A stretch of 64,000 bases of DNA from Candidatus Spongiisociaceae bacterium (lineage in GTDB: Bacteria > Actinomycetota > Acidimicrobiia > Spongiisociales > Spongiisociaceae), in assembly GCA_965262915.1 (NCBI GenBank), contig OZ253564.1, forward strand, positions 2,688,001 through 2,752,000, in the 5' to 3' direction. Both the position numbers and the translations under genes were made by a program. How positions within the stretch are numbered: the stretch's first letter is position 1; each line of letters starts with the position of its first letter. Positions 20,915 to 33,144 of the stretch are shown in pieces. The notes below the pieces were generated by a model that made no database searches, had not been told where the DNA came from, and saw nothing but the letters and a program-made list of their open reading frames with translations.

Positions 20915-21282
20915 GACGCCCGGCTGCCCCGGATGGAGTTGAGGTAGTTGTAGATGGTGATGCGGCTCACGCTCATCAGGTCGGCGACCTCCTCGATGGA
21001 CTTGCGAAGGCGGAAAGCGCCCCGTTCGTCCAGCAGGCGGACGGCCACCTGCTTCTGCACCCGCCCCAGGTCGGCGAGCTTGCCGCCCAACTCGCCCTCG
21101 ACCTGGGCGACCATGCGACCCAGAACGTTGTGGAGTGAGAGGATCCGGACGCCTGCCACCACCTCCCCCTCCCACTCCAGGGAGATGGCATTGCCGTCCA
21201 TCTGGTCCGGGTCCACGAACTCGGCACCGACGGCGTCGGCCAGGGGTCGCAACGCCTTGATCAGAGGATGCTCGGTGTTCAT
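20911..21282 (-). CDS. HTH transcriptional regulator (YheO-like C-terminal HTH)
   Basis: KQVAVRLLDERGAFRLRKSIEEVADLMSVSRITIYNYLN. Confidence 0.85.
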   Translation of the reverse strand: MNTEHPLIKALRPLADAVGAEFVDPDQMDGNAISLEWEGEVVAGVRILSLHNVLGRMVAQVEGELGGKLADLGRVQKQVAVRLLDERGAFRLRKSIEEVADLMSVSRITIYNYLNSIRGSRAS

Positions 21283-21509
21283 GGCGTCACGGTCATGTTG
21301 ACCGATACGCGCGTCGCTCCGGCGCTCATCGCTGCCGTGATGCATTTGGCCGCGGCCCCGAACACATCCTCGAGAGAACCTTCGATGGCGGTGCCGAACG
21401 GACCGATGTCGGGCTGGTGGGGAGCCAGGGCGTCGATAGCCGCCTGAACGTGGGGACCCGGGTTTCCCTCCTCGAACGGTTCTACGGTGAACTCGGCACG
21501 GGCCGGCAA
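21279..21509 (-). CDS. Small ferredoxin-fold protein (thiamine-binding/YkoF-like)
   Basis: AEFTVEPF, DIGPFGTAIEG, AGATRVSV; TTG start after AAGGAG; overlaps HTH gene start. Confidence 0.65.
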   Translation of the reverse strand: MPARAEFTVEPFEEGNPGPHVQAAIDALAPHQPDIGPFGTAIEGSLEDVFGAAAKCITAAMSAGATRVSVNMTVTP

Positions 21510-21585
21510 TCCTGCTCCTTGATCGCCCAACAAGGGTATACGGAGAATGATTTTACCGAAGTAACGTTGCGCAGCCCGCAGTTTT

Positions 21586-21600
21586 TTGACAAAATGTAAA
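21586..21600. promoter_or_regulatory. Imperfect palindrome TTGACA-AAA-TGTAAA; putative operator overlapping a -35-like hexamer
   Basis: AT-rich dyad in the divergent region between regulator genes and xdh; second copy at 45726. Confidence 0.55.
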
Positions 21601-21662
21601 GCAGACCGAGCTTCCGGTGGTCGCTCGATCGGTACGGAGCCTGGATTCGGCTGGAGGATGTC

Positions 21663-24241
<2,579 letters not shown>

Positions 24242-24245
<4 letters not shown>

Positions 24246-25261
24246 ACACCACGCCGGGCCTGGTCTGTGCCCATCATCACCTCTACTCCATGCTGGCGAG
24301 AGGCATGCCGGCCCCTCCGGAGGTGCCCACCACGTTCCAGGGGATCCTGGAGCAGATCTGGTGGCGGCTCGACACGGCCCTCGACCTCGAGATGATCCGC
24401 TGGTCGGCGATGCTGGGCGCCCTCGAGGCGCTCGAGTCGGGCACCACGGCGATCGTGGACCATCACGAATCGCCCAACGCCATCGAGGGGAGCCTCTCCG
24501 TGGTCGCCGATGCCTGCGCAGAGGTGGGGGTTCGGGTGCGTACCTGCTACGGCGTGACCGACCGGCACGGCCCCGACGGCGCCCGACGGGGTCTGGAGGA
24601 GAACCGCCGCTTCCTGTCGGAGGGCGGCCAGGGAATGGTCGGCATCCACGCCGCTTTCACCTGCGAGCAGGGAACGTTGGAGGAAGCCGCCGCCCTGGCG
24701 GACGAACTCGGGGTGGGAGTACACGTCCACGTGGCCGAGGGACCGGAGGATCTGGACGGTCCGGAGTGGCTGGACGGGCTCTCCGGAGACTCGTGGTTGC
24801 TCGCCCACGGCGTTCACCTACCCACCGACCACCGGCTGCGAGGAACCGTTCTCCACAATCCCCGTTCCAACCTCAACAACTCGGTGGGGTATGCCGACCC
24901 GGCCCGCTTCTCCAACCCGGTAGCCCTGGGAACAGACGGGATCGGCGCCAACATGATCGAGTCCTTCCGTCTCGCCTACGTGATGCATCGGTCGGTCGAC
25001 GTGACCGCCACCCCTGAGAAGGCGTGGGGTTGGCTGGAGACAGGTCAGGATCTGGTTCCCGAGTGCCGGAAAGACCGGGTGACCTGGAGCTACGACCCGA
25101 TGGACCCCTGGCATATCGTCTTCACCGCGGGAATCCGCCCTGTGGAGGTCGAGGTAGGAGGCGAAGTGGTGTTCGTGGACGGCGCCCCCACCCGGGTGGA
25201 CGCCGCGGAGATCCGGGCCAAGGCCCGCGAGCAGGCCGCCCGCCTGCACGCGAGGTTGTGA
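24242..25261 (+). CDS. ssnA: SsnA-like metal-dependent amidohydrolase
   Basis: PGLVCAHHHLYSMLARGMP, ILEQIWWRLD, GTTAIVDHHESP, HVHVAEG, HNPRSNLNNSVG, LGTDG; coupled to xdh. Confidence 0.8.
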
Positions 25262-25283
25262 AGAGTGGGCGCCGGAGAATGGG

Positions 25284-27074
25284 ATGGCAATGATGACTGA
25301 AGTCCACGAACCGCTCACCCCGTTCGGCCTGTCCGACCTGCTGGACCGCATCGCTCACGAGTGGGAGTCCCGGCATCGCATCTTCGACCTGCCCATCGCC
25401 CGGTTCTTCAACGTGTCGGAGGGCCCGGACATCTCCATCGACTTCCTTGGCAGGCCCGCCGCCACCCCGGTCGGTCCGGCGGCCGGACCCCACAGCCAGA
25501 TGGCCCAGAACATCGTCCTGTCGTGGCTGGGGGGCGGCCGGCTGATGGAGCTCAAAACGGTGCAGATCCTCGACGAGTTGGAGATCGGGCGCCCGTGCAT
25601 TGACATGGAGACCATCGGCTACAACATCGAGTGGAGCCAGGAACTGAAGATCCCCCAGTCGCTCGAGGAGTACGTCAAAGCATGGATGCTGCTCAAGATC
25701 CTCCGCCGCTGGGAGGAACTCACCCCGTACATCGGCAGCGATCCGGGTCCCTGCATCTTCGATCTGTCGGTGGGTTACGACCTGGCCGGTATCTCGACCG
25801 ATCAGGTTGCGTGGTTCATCGACTCGATGATGGACGCCACCGAGGAGATCGAGCGTCTGCGTCCAGAGATCGACGGGAAGTTCACCAGGTTCCGAGATCT
25901 GGATTTCCCGTCCCGCATCGCCGATACCGTGACCCTGTCGACGTTCCACGGGTGCCCGCCGGACGAGATCGAATCGATCACCAAGCATCTCATAACCCGC
26001 CACGGGCTGGACGTGATCGTCAAGCTCAACCCCACCCTGCTGGGATTCGAACGGGTGCAGGAAATCGTCCATCAAACGCTGGGGTACGGATCGACGGTCC
26101 TGCGGAGGGCGGACTTCGACAACGACCTGCAGTTCGACCGGGGACTTGAGCTGATCGGCGAGCTGCAGCGTTTTGCCGCCCACCACGGACGCCGGTTCGG
26201 TGTCAAGCTCACCAACACGCTGGTGGTGGAGAACACCAAGGGGTTCATGCCCGACGAGACCATGTACCTCTCGGGGCCGCCTCTTCACGTCGTCTCCACG
26301 ACCCTGCTCGGGGAGCTCCACAAGGCTCTTCCCGGGATGCTGCGGATCGACGGTCAGGGCGGTCCGGTGCAGGTCTCGTTCTCGGCCGGAATCGTCAAGG
26401 AGAACCTCCCCGACGCCGCCGCGCTCGGGTTGGCCCCCATCACCATCTGCTCCGACCTGCTGAAACCGGGTGGGTACGGCCGTATCAAGCCGATGCTGAA
26501 AGCGCTGCAGAAGGTGATGACCGGGGCGGGGGCCGGAACGCTGGCCCAGTGGCAGGCCCATCGCGGAGCGATGTCGAATGGGGTAGGGGCGGTGGCGGCC
26601 TACGTCGCCCGGCTCCACGACCCGGCCACCAACGGGCGATACACCCTGGCCGGCAACTCCAAGCTGCCCCGGGCCGTGGACCACGAACTGCAGATGTGGG
26701 GTTGCGTGGCATGCAACTTCTGCGTGACCGTGTGCCCCAACGACGCCTTCTTCCGGATACCCACGCCGGCCGAACTCGACGCGGACGGGCTCCAGCAGTA
26801 CCTGGTCCTGACCGAGTTGTGCAACGAGTGCGGCAACTGCATGGTGTTCTGTCCCGAGATCGGGGATCCCGCCGTCATCAAGCCACGCCTGTTCATGAGC
26901 GAGCACCGCTTCGAGCAAGAAACCGACCAAGCCTTCCTGGTCCACCAGGATCCCGACGGGTACTGGCTCCAGCCCAACGCTGCCGCTGCCCGATGGACCG
27001 GCGACCTGCTCCTGCTGCTCAACGGCGCCGAGGGTTTCGTGCTGCCTCCATCGAGCAAGCCGGTCAGGAAGTAG
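25284..27074 (+). CDS. ygfK: YgfK-like oxidoreductase (N-terminal barrel + 2x[4Fe-4S]), short form
   Basis: TPVGPAAGPHSQMAQNIV, ELKTVQILDELEI.RPCID, YNIEWSQEL, STFHGCPPDEIE, KLNPTLLG, SDLLKPGGY, CVACNFCVTVCPN, CNECGNCMVFCP. Confidence 0.78.
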   Translation: MAMMTEVHEPLTPFGLSDLLDRIAHEWESRHRIFDLPIARFFNVSEGPDISIDFLGRPAATPVGPAAGPHSQMAQNIVLSWLGGGRLMELKTVQILDELEIGRPCIDMETIGYNIEWSQELKIPQSLEEYVKAWMLLKILRRWEELTPYIGSDPGPCIFDLSVGYDLAGISTDQVAWFIDSMMDATEEIERLRPEIDGKFTRFRDLDFPSRIADTVTLSTFHGCPPDEIESITKHLITRHGLDVIVKLNPTLLGFERVQEIVHQTLGYGSTVLRRADFDNDLQFDRGLELIGELQRFAAHHGRRFGVKLTNTLVVENTKGFMPDETMYLSGPPLHVVSTTLLGELHKALPGMLRIDGQGGPVQVSFSAGIVKENLPDAAALGLAPITICSDLLKPGGYGRIKPMLKALQKVMTGAGAGTLAQWQAHRGAMSNGVGAVAAYVARLHDPATNGRYTLAGNSKLPRAVDHELQMWGCVACNFCVTVCPNDAFFRIPTPAELDADGLQQYLVLTELCNECGNCMVFCPEIGDPAVIKPRLFMSEHRFEQETDQAFLVHQDPDGYWLQPNAAAARWTGDLLLLLNGAEGFVLPPSSKPVRK

Positions 27075-27147
27075 AGCAAGCCGGGACGCCTGACCGGAAA
27101 GGAAGCACCCGGCTCTTCTACGTAGAGTTATCCGTCAACCAGACAAA

Positions 27148-27444
27148 TCATAGAATCGTGATAACTACTACCAACAGGGCTAGCACGAGTTGCAATAGTG
27201 CGATCACCAAGCCGGCGATTGCGAGCCCGCGGTGTGGGAGGCCGTGCCTGCTAGCCCTGTGCAGGCCCATGGCGGAGAGTACGAACGCTGCGACTAGGAC
27301 TGCGAAACCCACAAACCCCAATGCCGGTAGATATGATGCGGCGACTGCAAATAGGAGTGCTACCAAGGAGCATACGAACCCGGCGATTGCCAACGGATTG
27401 CCGTCGGCCCCGCGACGTTGGTCCCCTGACTGTCGAGGATCCAT
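27148..27444 (-). CDS. Small three-helix membrane protein (DUF4190-like)
   Basis: NPLAIAGFVCSL...GLAIAGLVI pattern. Confidence 0.6.
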   Translation of the reverse strand: MDPRQSGDQRRGADGNPLAIAGFVCSLVALLFAVAASYLPALGFVGFAVLVAAFVLSAMGLHRASRHGLPHRGLAIAGLVIALLQLVLALLVVVITIL

Positions 27445-27797
27445 TCCGTGGCCTGTCCCATCCTGTAGCCGGTTCCGTTCCTGCCATCGTGGTGGCGTGG
27501 CGGAACCGTTGTGCAGATGCTAATAGTCATTCTCCGGGGAAGGGACTGCAAACGGAGGCGGCGCGGCCTTCGGGTTGGAGTCCGGAGAGGGACGGAGGAG
27601 TCCAACGGCCGGAATGACCTGCCCGATCGGGATCGGAGGCTATCGTCCGGTCCTCAGGAATGTGACGTTCGCTTCCCCCGCGCCGGACGTCTGGTCGGTG
27701 TCCAACGGGAATGCCGATGGGCCCGAACCCGATCCCGCCGGCCGGCCGTCATTCGCCCGGCCGCGGGGTGCGGTTCCCACCGGGAAGGAGTATTCGA

Positions 27798-28250
27798 ATG
27801 AGCTACACCATGGATGATGTACGCCGGTTCGCGGCCGCCGACCAGGGTCTGGCGATCGTCTCGTTCGGACGGCCGGACCGGTCGGTCCACTCCTCGCTGG
27901 TCAACGCCGGCGTGATGGACCATCCGGTGACCGGCGAGCGGGTGGTGGCCCTGGTGGTGCGGGGCAACACGGTCAAGCTCCGACACTGGTGCCGTACACC
28001 GAGAGCCACCATCGTATTCCGGTCTGGCTGGTCGTGGGTCGGCGTGGAGGGAACCACCACCATCATCGGTCCGGACGACGATTGCGAGAGTTTCGACCCG
28101 TCATCGGTGCCACAGTTGCTCCGGAACGTATTCACCGCCGCCGGCGGCACCCACGAGGACTGGGACGAGTACGACCGGGTGATGGCAGATGAACGCCGCG
28201 CCGCGGTCTTCGTACACCCCACCCGCATCACCGGCGTCGGTCAACCCTGA
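27798..28250 (+). CDS. PPOX-class (pyridoxamine 5'-phosphate oxidase-like, possibly F420-dependent) protein, copy 1
   Basis: HSSLVNAGV, KLRHW, AAGGTHEDWDEYDRVMADERRAAV; AAGGAG RBS before ATG 27798. Confidence 0.85.
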   Translation: MSYTMDDVRRFAAADQGLAIVSFGRPDRSVHSSLVNAGVMDHPVTGERVVALVVRGNTVKLRHWCRTPRATIVFRSGWSWVGVEGTTTIIGPDDDCESFDPSSVPQLLRNVFTAAGGTHEDWDEYDRVMADERRAAVFVHPTRITGVGQP

Positions 28251-28323
28251 ACCGGTGTCAGAACCTGAAGGAGAGTCACCGCGCGGAAGTGGCGCGGTTC
28301 GGATGAGGGGTCTGTCCTGGCAG

Positions 28324-28622
28324 CTACGGCCAATGGTGGATGGTGGGCGCCGCCGAACCCAACGCAGATGCCAGATTACCGAGATCGTCAGGGTCGCCCG
28401 TCAGAACCTCCTCACCGAGCCGGAATGCCAAGAGAACAAGGTGAGCGTCAACGACATCGGAGGTGGACGAGAGTGCCAGAAGACGGCTGACCGCCGCACC
28501 TGGGCAACCACGGGATGCGTGGTATGCAATGGCGTCTCGGAAGAGGAGTCGTCGATGACGAAGCGTTGTGCAACGTCCTCGCCGCGCTCGATCGAGATCA
28601 AGACCCCTGCATCGAGGATCAC
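28324..28622 (-). pseudogene. PIN-domain (VapC-like) toxin with internal deletion/frameshift
   Basis: ILDAGVLI..HPVVAQV in one frame, then SDVVDAHLV..VLTGDPDDL..HHWP* in another. Confidence 0.75.
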
Positions 28623-28846
28623 AGTCCGTGCCGCTTGGCCAGAGCCGCTACCCCGGCCGGGTCGACGGGGCCGTCCTCGGAGTTCCAGACCTTGACGAAG
28701 GCGTTGAAGGCGTCGCGCCGTGCTCGATCGGCGGCGAGCATGCGAAGTGCCTGACGAATGGCGTTGGTCTTGCTGCCTAACTCCAACGTAAGCTTGTCAA
28801 GAATCCGCTTGTCTTCGGCATTGAGACGGATAGTTATGATGCTCAT
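28619..28846 (-). CDS. Ribbon-helix-helix antitoxin
   Basis: MSIITIRLNAEDKRILDKL..KTNAIRQALR; GTGA overlap with PIN gene. Confidence 0.75.
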   Translation of the reverse strand: MSIITIRLNAEDKRILDKLTLELGSKTNAIRQALRMLAADRARRDAFNAFVKVWNSEDGPVDPAGVAALAKRHGL

Positions 28847-29049
28847 ATCGCTACTATAGCACAGACATTGATATACACCAGTGTACAACGCTCGGCCATA
28901 GGAGATCGGGCGCGACCCGATACGGGCCCGAAGCGGGCGGGGACATGCCGTGACCGGGGATAGCGGATCGCCGGTCATCAACCGACTCACATCCCCGACC
29001 CGGGTTCTGTTGGATGAACGTCCGGGCGTTCGGCACCCTAATCCGCCGG

Positions 29050-29200
29050 AAGTCCCCGGGTGGCATGACCACCAAGATCCATCTCCTCGCCGCTGACGAC
29101 CGAACCGCGGTGACCTTCGCTCTGTCGCCGGGACAAGACCACGACTCCCCGCATGGGCGGGCTCCACTGGAGGAGGTCGTTCTCCAGCCCGCAGGCCGGA
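29050..29200 (+). mobile_element. IS5-family transposase fragment
   Basis: GGMTTKIHLLAADDRTAVTFALSPGQDHD resembles the IS5/IS427 GGxTTKIH..LSPGQxHD block; no full ORF; limits approximate. Confidence 0.7.
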
Positions 29201-29213
29201 TCCTGGTGACCGA

Positions 29214-30080
29214 TCAGGGTTGGAGAAGGTGGGCGAACCCGGCCCGGGCCTCCTCGGTGGTCGGCAACAACGGGGCTCGGGAACGTCCGGCGCGCAGTCC
29301 CGCCATCTCCGCGGCCGCCTTGACGCCCGGGATCCCAAAGCGGGCCACTACGTCATTGGCAGCCGTCAAACGATGCTGCATTTTCATGTTCCCGGGAGGA
29401 CTCTCCAACGCGGCGGCCACCACTTCCAGACTTAGCCGGGGCACGTAATTGGCGGCCGCCAGAATGGCGCCGTGTGCTCCCGCGGCAGAGGCCAGGGTCA
29501 CCGCCGGGGCCGATCCGTTGTAGAGGGCGAAATCGTCCGGTAGCAGCGCCAGCATTCGTTGGATGCGGATGGCGTCTCCGCTGGAATCTTTCATGCCTAC
29601 CACATTCGGGTGTTGGGCCAATTCCCAAACCGCCTCCAGCGGGATGGAGTACGCGGTGACCACCGGTACGGAATAGAGGAAGACCGGCAGGGGGGATTCA
29701 TCCGCCACCTCCCGGAAAAAGGCGGTCACGAAGTTGGTGCGGTTGCGGGAGAGGGTGGTGGGGGTCAGCACTAGGGCTGCGTCGGCGCCGCCCTCGGCCG
29801 CTTCGTCGATCTGGCGTCGGGCGACCCGGTTCGTCTCGGCGTTGATCCCGCACAGCAAGAAAGCGTCGTCGCCCGCGCTCTCTCGTGAGGCCGAAGCCAA
29901 CTGTCTGCGTTCTCCCGGCTCCAGGAGGGGACCTTCACCGGTGGAACCGGCCAGTACGAAACCGTCATATCCCAGTCCTCCGAGAAAGGACAGGTTGTGA
30001 CGGTGGGCGTCGAGATCGAGCTCCTGGCGGTCGTCGAAGGGTGTGATGATGGCGGGCATAGCCCTTGGCAATGGTTTCAT
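29214..30080 (-). CDS. Dihydrodipicolinate synthase/class I aldolase family protein
   Basis: AIITPF, GSTGE, LYSVP, Schiff-base HPNVVGMKDSSG. Confidence 0.9.
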   Translation of the reverse strand: MKPLPRAMPAIITPFDDRQELDLDAHRHNLSFLGGLGYDGFVLAGSTGEGPLLEPGERRQLASASRESAGDDAFLLCGINAETNRVARRQIDEAAEGGADAALVLTPTTLSRNRTNFVTAFFREVADESPLPVFLYSVPVVTAYSIPLEAVWELAQHPNVVGMKDSSGDAIRIQRMLALLPDDFALYNGSAPAVTLASAAGAHGAILAAANYVPRLSLEVVAAALESPPGNMKMQHRLTAANDVVARFGIPGVKAAAEMAGLRAGRSRAPLLPTTEEARAGFAHLLQP

Positions 30081-30156
30081 GAGGCCCGGATGATAACTGC
30101 TCGACGGCCGGTAGCCGTTGTGGCCCGGTCGTTGGACGAGGAGCAGGGCTCGACAC

Positions 30157-30302
30157 CGGTACATGTCCATCGAGTCGGTGGCCATTGGTGACCACCACGT
30201 CCCGGGTACCCATCTCGTAGTACTTGGCAAGCTTCACAGCGGGCAGGAGGTTGGCAACGCCGGAGACGCTCATCAGGGGCAGGCTCTCCAGGACCGCGGG
30301 AT
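30157..30302 (-). pseudogene. Internal fragment paralogous to the PLP enzyme gene at 41988-43448
   Basis: Aligns by eye to 42286-42430 (KLAKYYEM..DVVVT..TDSMDMYR) with substitutions and a 1-nt insertion. Confidence 0.85.
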
Positions 30303-30790
30303 GTTGGTCACCAGCACGAGGCGGTACCGGTTCCAGTACCGCCTCACCTGATCGATCTCTGTAGCAAGCCAGACGTCGTCGCCTGCCGGCTTGACCTCCA
30401 GTACCCCGCGTTCGGGAATGCGACCGCCGCCGACATCAAGCCCGAATCACAATCACCGATAGCAGGACCTCGACCACTACTCACGGAACCTCAGCCACCC
30501 CACTCCCCACGAATTCCCGCAGGATTTTCGTATCTCTGTTCCTCGCCTGTTGGCGGCGTGGAGAACGCCTCAAGAGCTTGAGAACCGCGACCAAATCCGA
30601 AGTCACTACTTGACCGGCATACAGAATGCCATATACGATCGTTAGCACACCAGATTCCCGCACACCAAATTCCATACAGGAGACGGTGGAACGACGTAGC
30701 CGAAAGGGCCGTTCAGCATGCTCGCGAAGTTCAGCAAGTGGCAATGAAGCTTGCCATGCTCAGCGAGGCGAAGTCGGTCGGAGAGCACTG

Positions 30791-31714
30791 GTGAACATAC
30801 CCCGGCTCTTCTATGCCATTGCCCCCACCCAGTTCACCGAAGACCGCCGGCTGGATGTTGGGGCAATTGCCGAGAATGTCGAGCGGGCGTCTCTTGGCGG
30901 CGTATCCAGATTCCTTCTCACGGGCGCCTACGGGGAGTTTCCGAGTCTCGACGACGATGAGCGGGTCCGAGTGGTAGTTGCGGTCAGACAGATATCACCG
31001 AGGGTCGAGATCATGGCCGGAGCAGTCCACCCCTCGACGGAAGCCACTCTCCGTCTGGCCAATCGTCTGTTCCAGGCCGGAGCCGACGAAGTCATGGTTG
31101 GACCGCCGTCCATTGCGGAGGTGACCGAGTCCGACATTCTCCGACATTTCGATTACCTGGGAGTGCGGTCCGAGGGTTCCCTTGCCGTCTACAACAACCC
31201 GGTCTTCGGCCACGATCTTGAGCCCGATCTGATCGCTCGTCTTGCCGAAATGGTCTCATATACTTCGATCAAGCAGGGGACCTCTTCAATGAGTCGCCTC
31301 CTCGCCAGCGTCAACGCGGCCCACCACGGTTCCGGTCGGCTCAGGGTTCTCGCCGCCTCAGATCTCACTGCCGTGGTCACGCTGGCAGCTGGTATTGACG
31401 GCCTCACGTCGACCAATTTCTGGGTGTTTCCTGGAGCGATCACGAGCCTGGCTACCCACGCAGCGACCTCCGATCACGAACAAGCCGAAGCGATACACCA
31501 GGCTCTGACGCCGTACTTCGATGCGGTCCGGGCCCTAGGTCAGCCGAGAGCGGTCAAAGCTGCCATGACGTTGCGAGGCTATGCGGGCACGTCGATGGTC
31601 CGGCTTCCGTACGAGCCCCTGTCTGAAGTTGAAGTCCGAAACCTCAAGGAAGTCGTCACCGGCGTCGATGAGGCTCTGGCTGGACTCACACCCCTCGGAG
31701 CCCAAGCCTCATGA
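30791..31714 (+). CDS. Dihydrodipicolinate synthase-like family protein (divergent)
   Basis: GAYGEF..L..DER, VYNNP, IKQG, AVKAAM, VRLPY; GTG start chosen. Confidence 0.8.
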   Translation: MNIPRLFYAIAPTQFTEDRRLDVGAIAENVERASLGGVSRFLLTGAYGEFPSLDDDERVRVVVAVRQISPRVEIMAGAVHPSTEATLRLANRLFQAGADEVMVGPPSIAEVTESDILRHFDYLGVRSEGSLAVYNNPVFGHDLEPDLIARLAEMVSYTSIKQGTSSMSRLLASVNAAHHGSGRLRVLAASDLTAVVTLAAGIDGLTSTNFWVFPGAITSLATHAATSDHEQAEAIHQALTPYFDAVRALGQPRAVKAAMTLRGYAGTSMVRLPYEPLSEVEVRNLKEVVTGVDEALAGLTPLGAQAS

Positions 31715-31972
31715 ATGTCGGCGCCTGGGAGTCTGGTATCACGGTCATCCGGGCCCGAGGGCCGGCCGCGCGCCGCGCCCCTCTCACCGCCGACGACGCA
31801 CGGTTCGAATTCATCCGCCGGGCAATGGCCGCGAGCCCGGTTTCGGCGGCTAGGGATGAGACATGATCCTCTACGATTGTCGGGTGTCCTCTCCTGTCTC
31901 ACCTACTCCCTTCACACCTGATTCCACCAACGAGGTCGATTGGCCCAACAGGCCTACCGGAAAGGAACAGAT

Positions 31973-33118
31973 ATGAAACGACACTCACTGGCGCTATTGC
32001 TTGGCGTCCTGATGGTGCTGTCCGCATGCGGGTCCGACGAGACGACCAGCACGACGGCCGCAGCACCGGCAACCACCCAAGCACCCGCAACCACCCAAGC
32101 ACCGGCAACCACCCAGACACCGGCAACCACGGAAGCGGCTACTACCACCCAACCAGAGGAACCCGAGGAACCGGTCACGGTGACGTTGTATGTCGGAGGT
32201 GTTACGAGCAGTGCACCGCAAGATTACGCGGCCCAGGCACAAGGTTTCTTCGAGGAGCAGAACATCGACATCAAGGTGGTTGTTCTCGATGGAACGTCTC
32301 AGGCGGTCTTGGCGGTGGCAGCCGATAGAAGTGGCTTCGCCTACACCCAGGGCAGCATTCTGGACGAGATGCTGATAGCTCACAATAACCCGGATGCGCC
32401 TCCGCTCATTGCCATCTCGGCTGGCGCGATGCGCAATCCCGTGGCCCTCATGTTCCTGGAAGGAAAAGGGATAAGCACTCCGGCTGATCTTACCGGTAAA
32501 ACGATCGCTGTCCCCCAGGGCAGCCTGTCAGCGCTGTATCTCGATGTGTTCCTGGAAACCCAAGGCATCTCGAAGAGCGATGTCACGATCCAGAATATCG
32601 GTTTCGGTGCTCTGAACCCTGCGCTGCTCACGGGAAAGGTAGACGCGATCGTGGCTTTTGCCAGAGCGATCGCGAGCCTCTCGATCGTTGCTCCTGAGCA
32701 AGGCGACAGCGTCGGGGCCTTCCTGTTTGCTGACTACGGCATCGCTTCACCGATGACCGGCGTTGTGATCCAGAAGCGCCTATTGGACGAGCATCCCGAC
32801 GTGGCTAGGGCGATCGCCGAGGTCACCACTCGCTCACTACACTTCTGTGCCATCAATGCAGAGCAATGCGTAACTGACTTCGTCACGATCAACGACGGTC
32901 GTGACTTTGACCAGACCTTGGCGGAATGGCGGGTGGCTCTGGAAGCTCAGTATGGGATCGATCCGGAGGAAGCCGCAAATATGGATCCCCTGGCAGTTGG
33001 GTGGTTCGACCCAGAGCTCATTGCCAGCACCCTCCCTGACCTTCGACTCCTGTTTGACATAGGCACGGACTTTGAACCGACGTCCCTGTATACGAACGAG
33101 TTCGTCCGGGCACCTTAA
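31973..33118 (+). CDS. ABC substrate-binding lipoprotein, NMT1/THI5/SsuA-like
   Basis: Lipobox VLSAC, T/A/P linker, GFFEEQNID, PADLTGKTIAV, ALLTGKVDA, LYTNEF. Confidence 0.88.
   Translation: MKRHSLALLLGVLMVLSACGSDETTSTTAAAPATTQAPATTQAPATTQTPATTEAATTTQPEEPEEPVTVTLYVGGVTSSAPQDYAAQAQGFFEEQNIDIKVVVLDGTSQAVLAVAADRSGFAYTQGSILDEMLIAHNNPDAPPLIAISAGAMRNPVALMFLEGKGISTPADLTGKTIAVPQGSLSALYLDVFLETQGISKSDVTIQNIGFGALNPALLTGKVDAIVAFARAIASLSIVAPEQGDSVGAFLFADYGIASPMTGVVIQKRLLDEHPDVARAIAEVTTRSLHFCAINAEQCVTDFVTINDGRDFDQTLAEWRVALEAQYGIDPEEAANMDPLAVGWFDPELIASTLPDLRLLFDIGTDFEPTSLYTNEFVRAP
32063..32134 (+). repeat. 4 x 18-bp tandem repeat encoding the APATTQ linker
   Basis: gcaccggcaaccacccaa-like unit repeated four times in frame. 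Confidence 0.85.
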
Positions 33119-33144
33119 GGAACGCTCAGTTGGCTCGGAGTAGC

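Noticed and set aside
27620-27797. Conserved leader before both PPOX genes as a riboswitch or small ORF
   Set aside because: Similarity is explained by the block duplication; I could not see a known aptamer or covariation by eye (an Rfam search would settle it)
32063-32134. 18-bp tandem repeat as a special element
   Set aside because: Ordinary Thr/Ala/Pro linker after a lipobox
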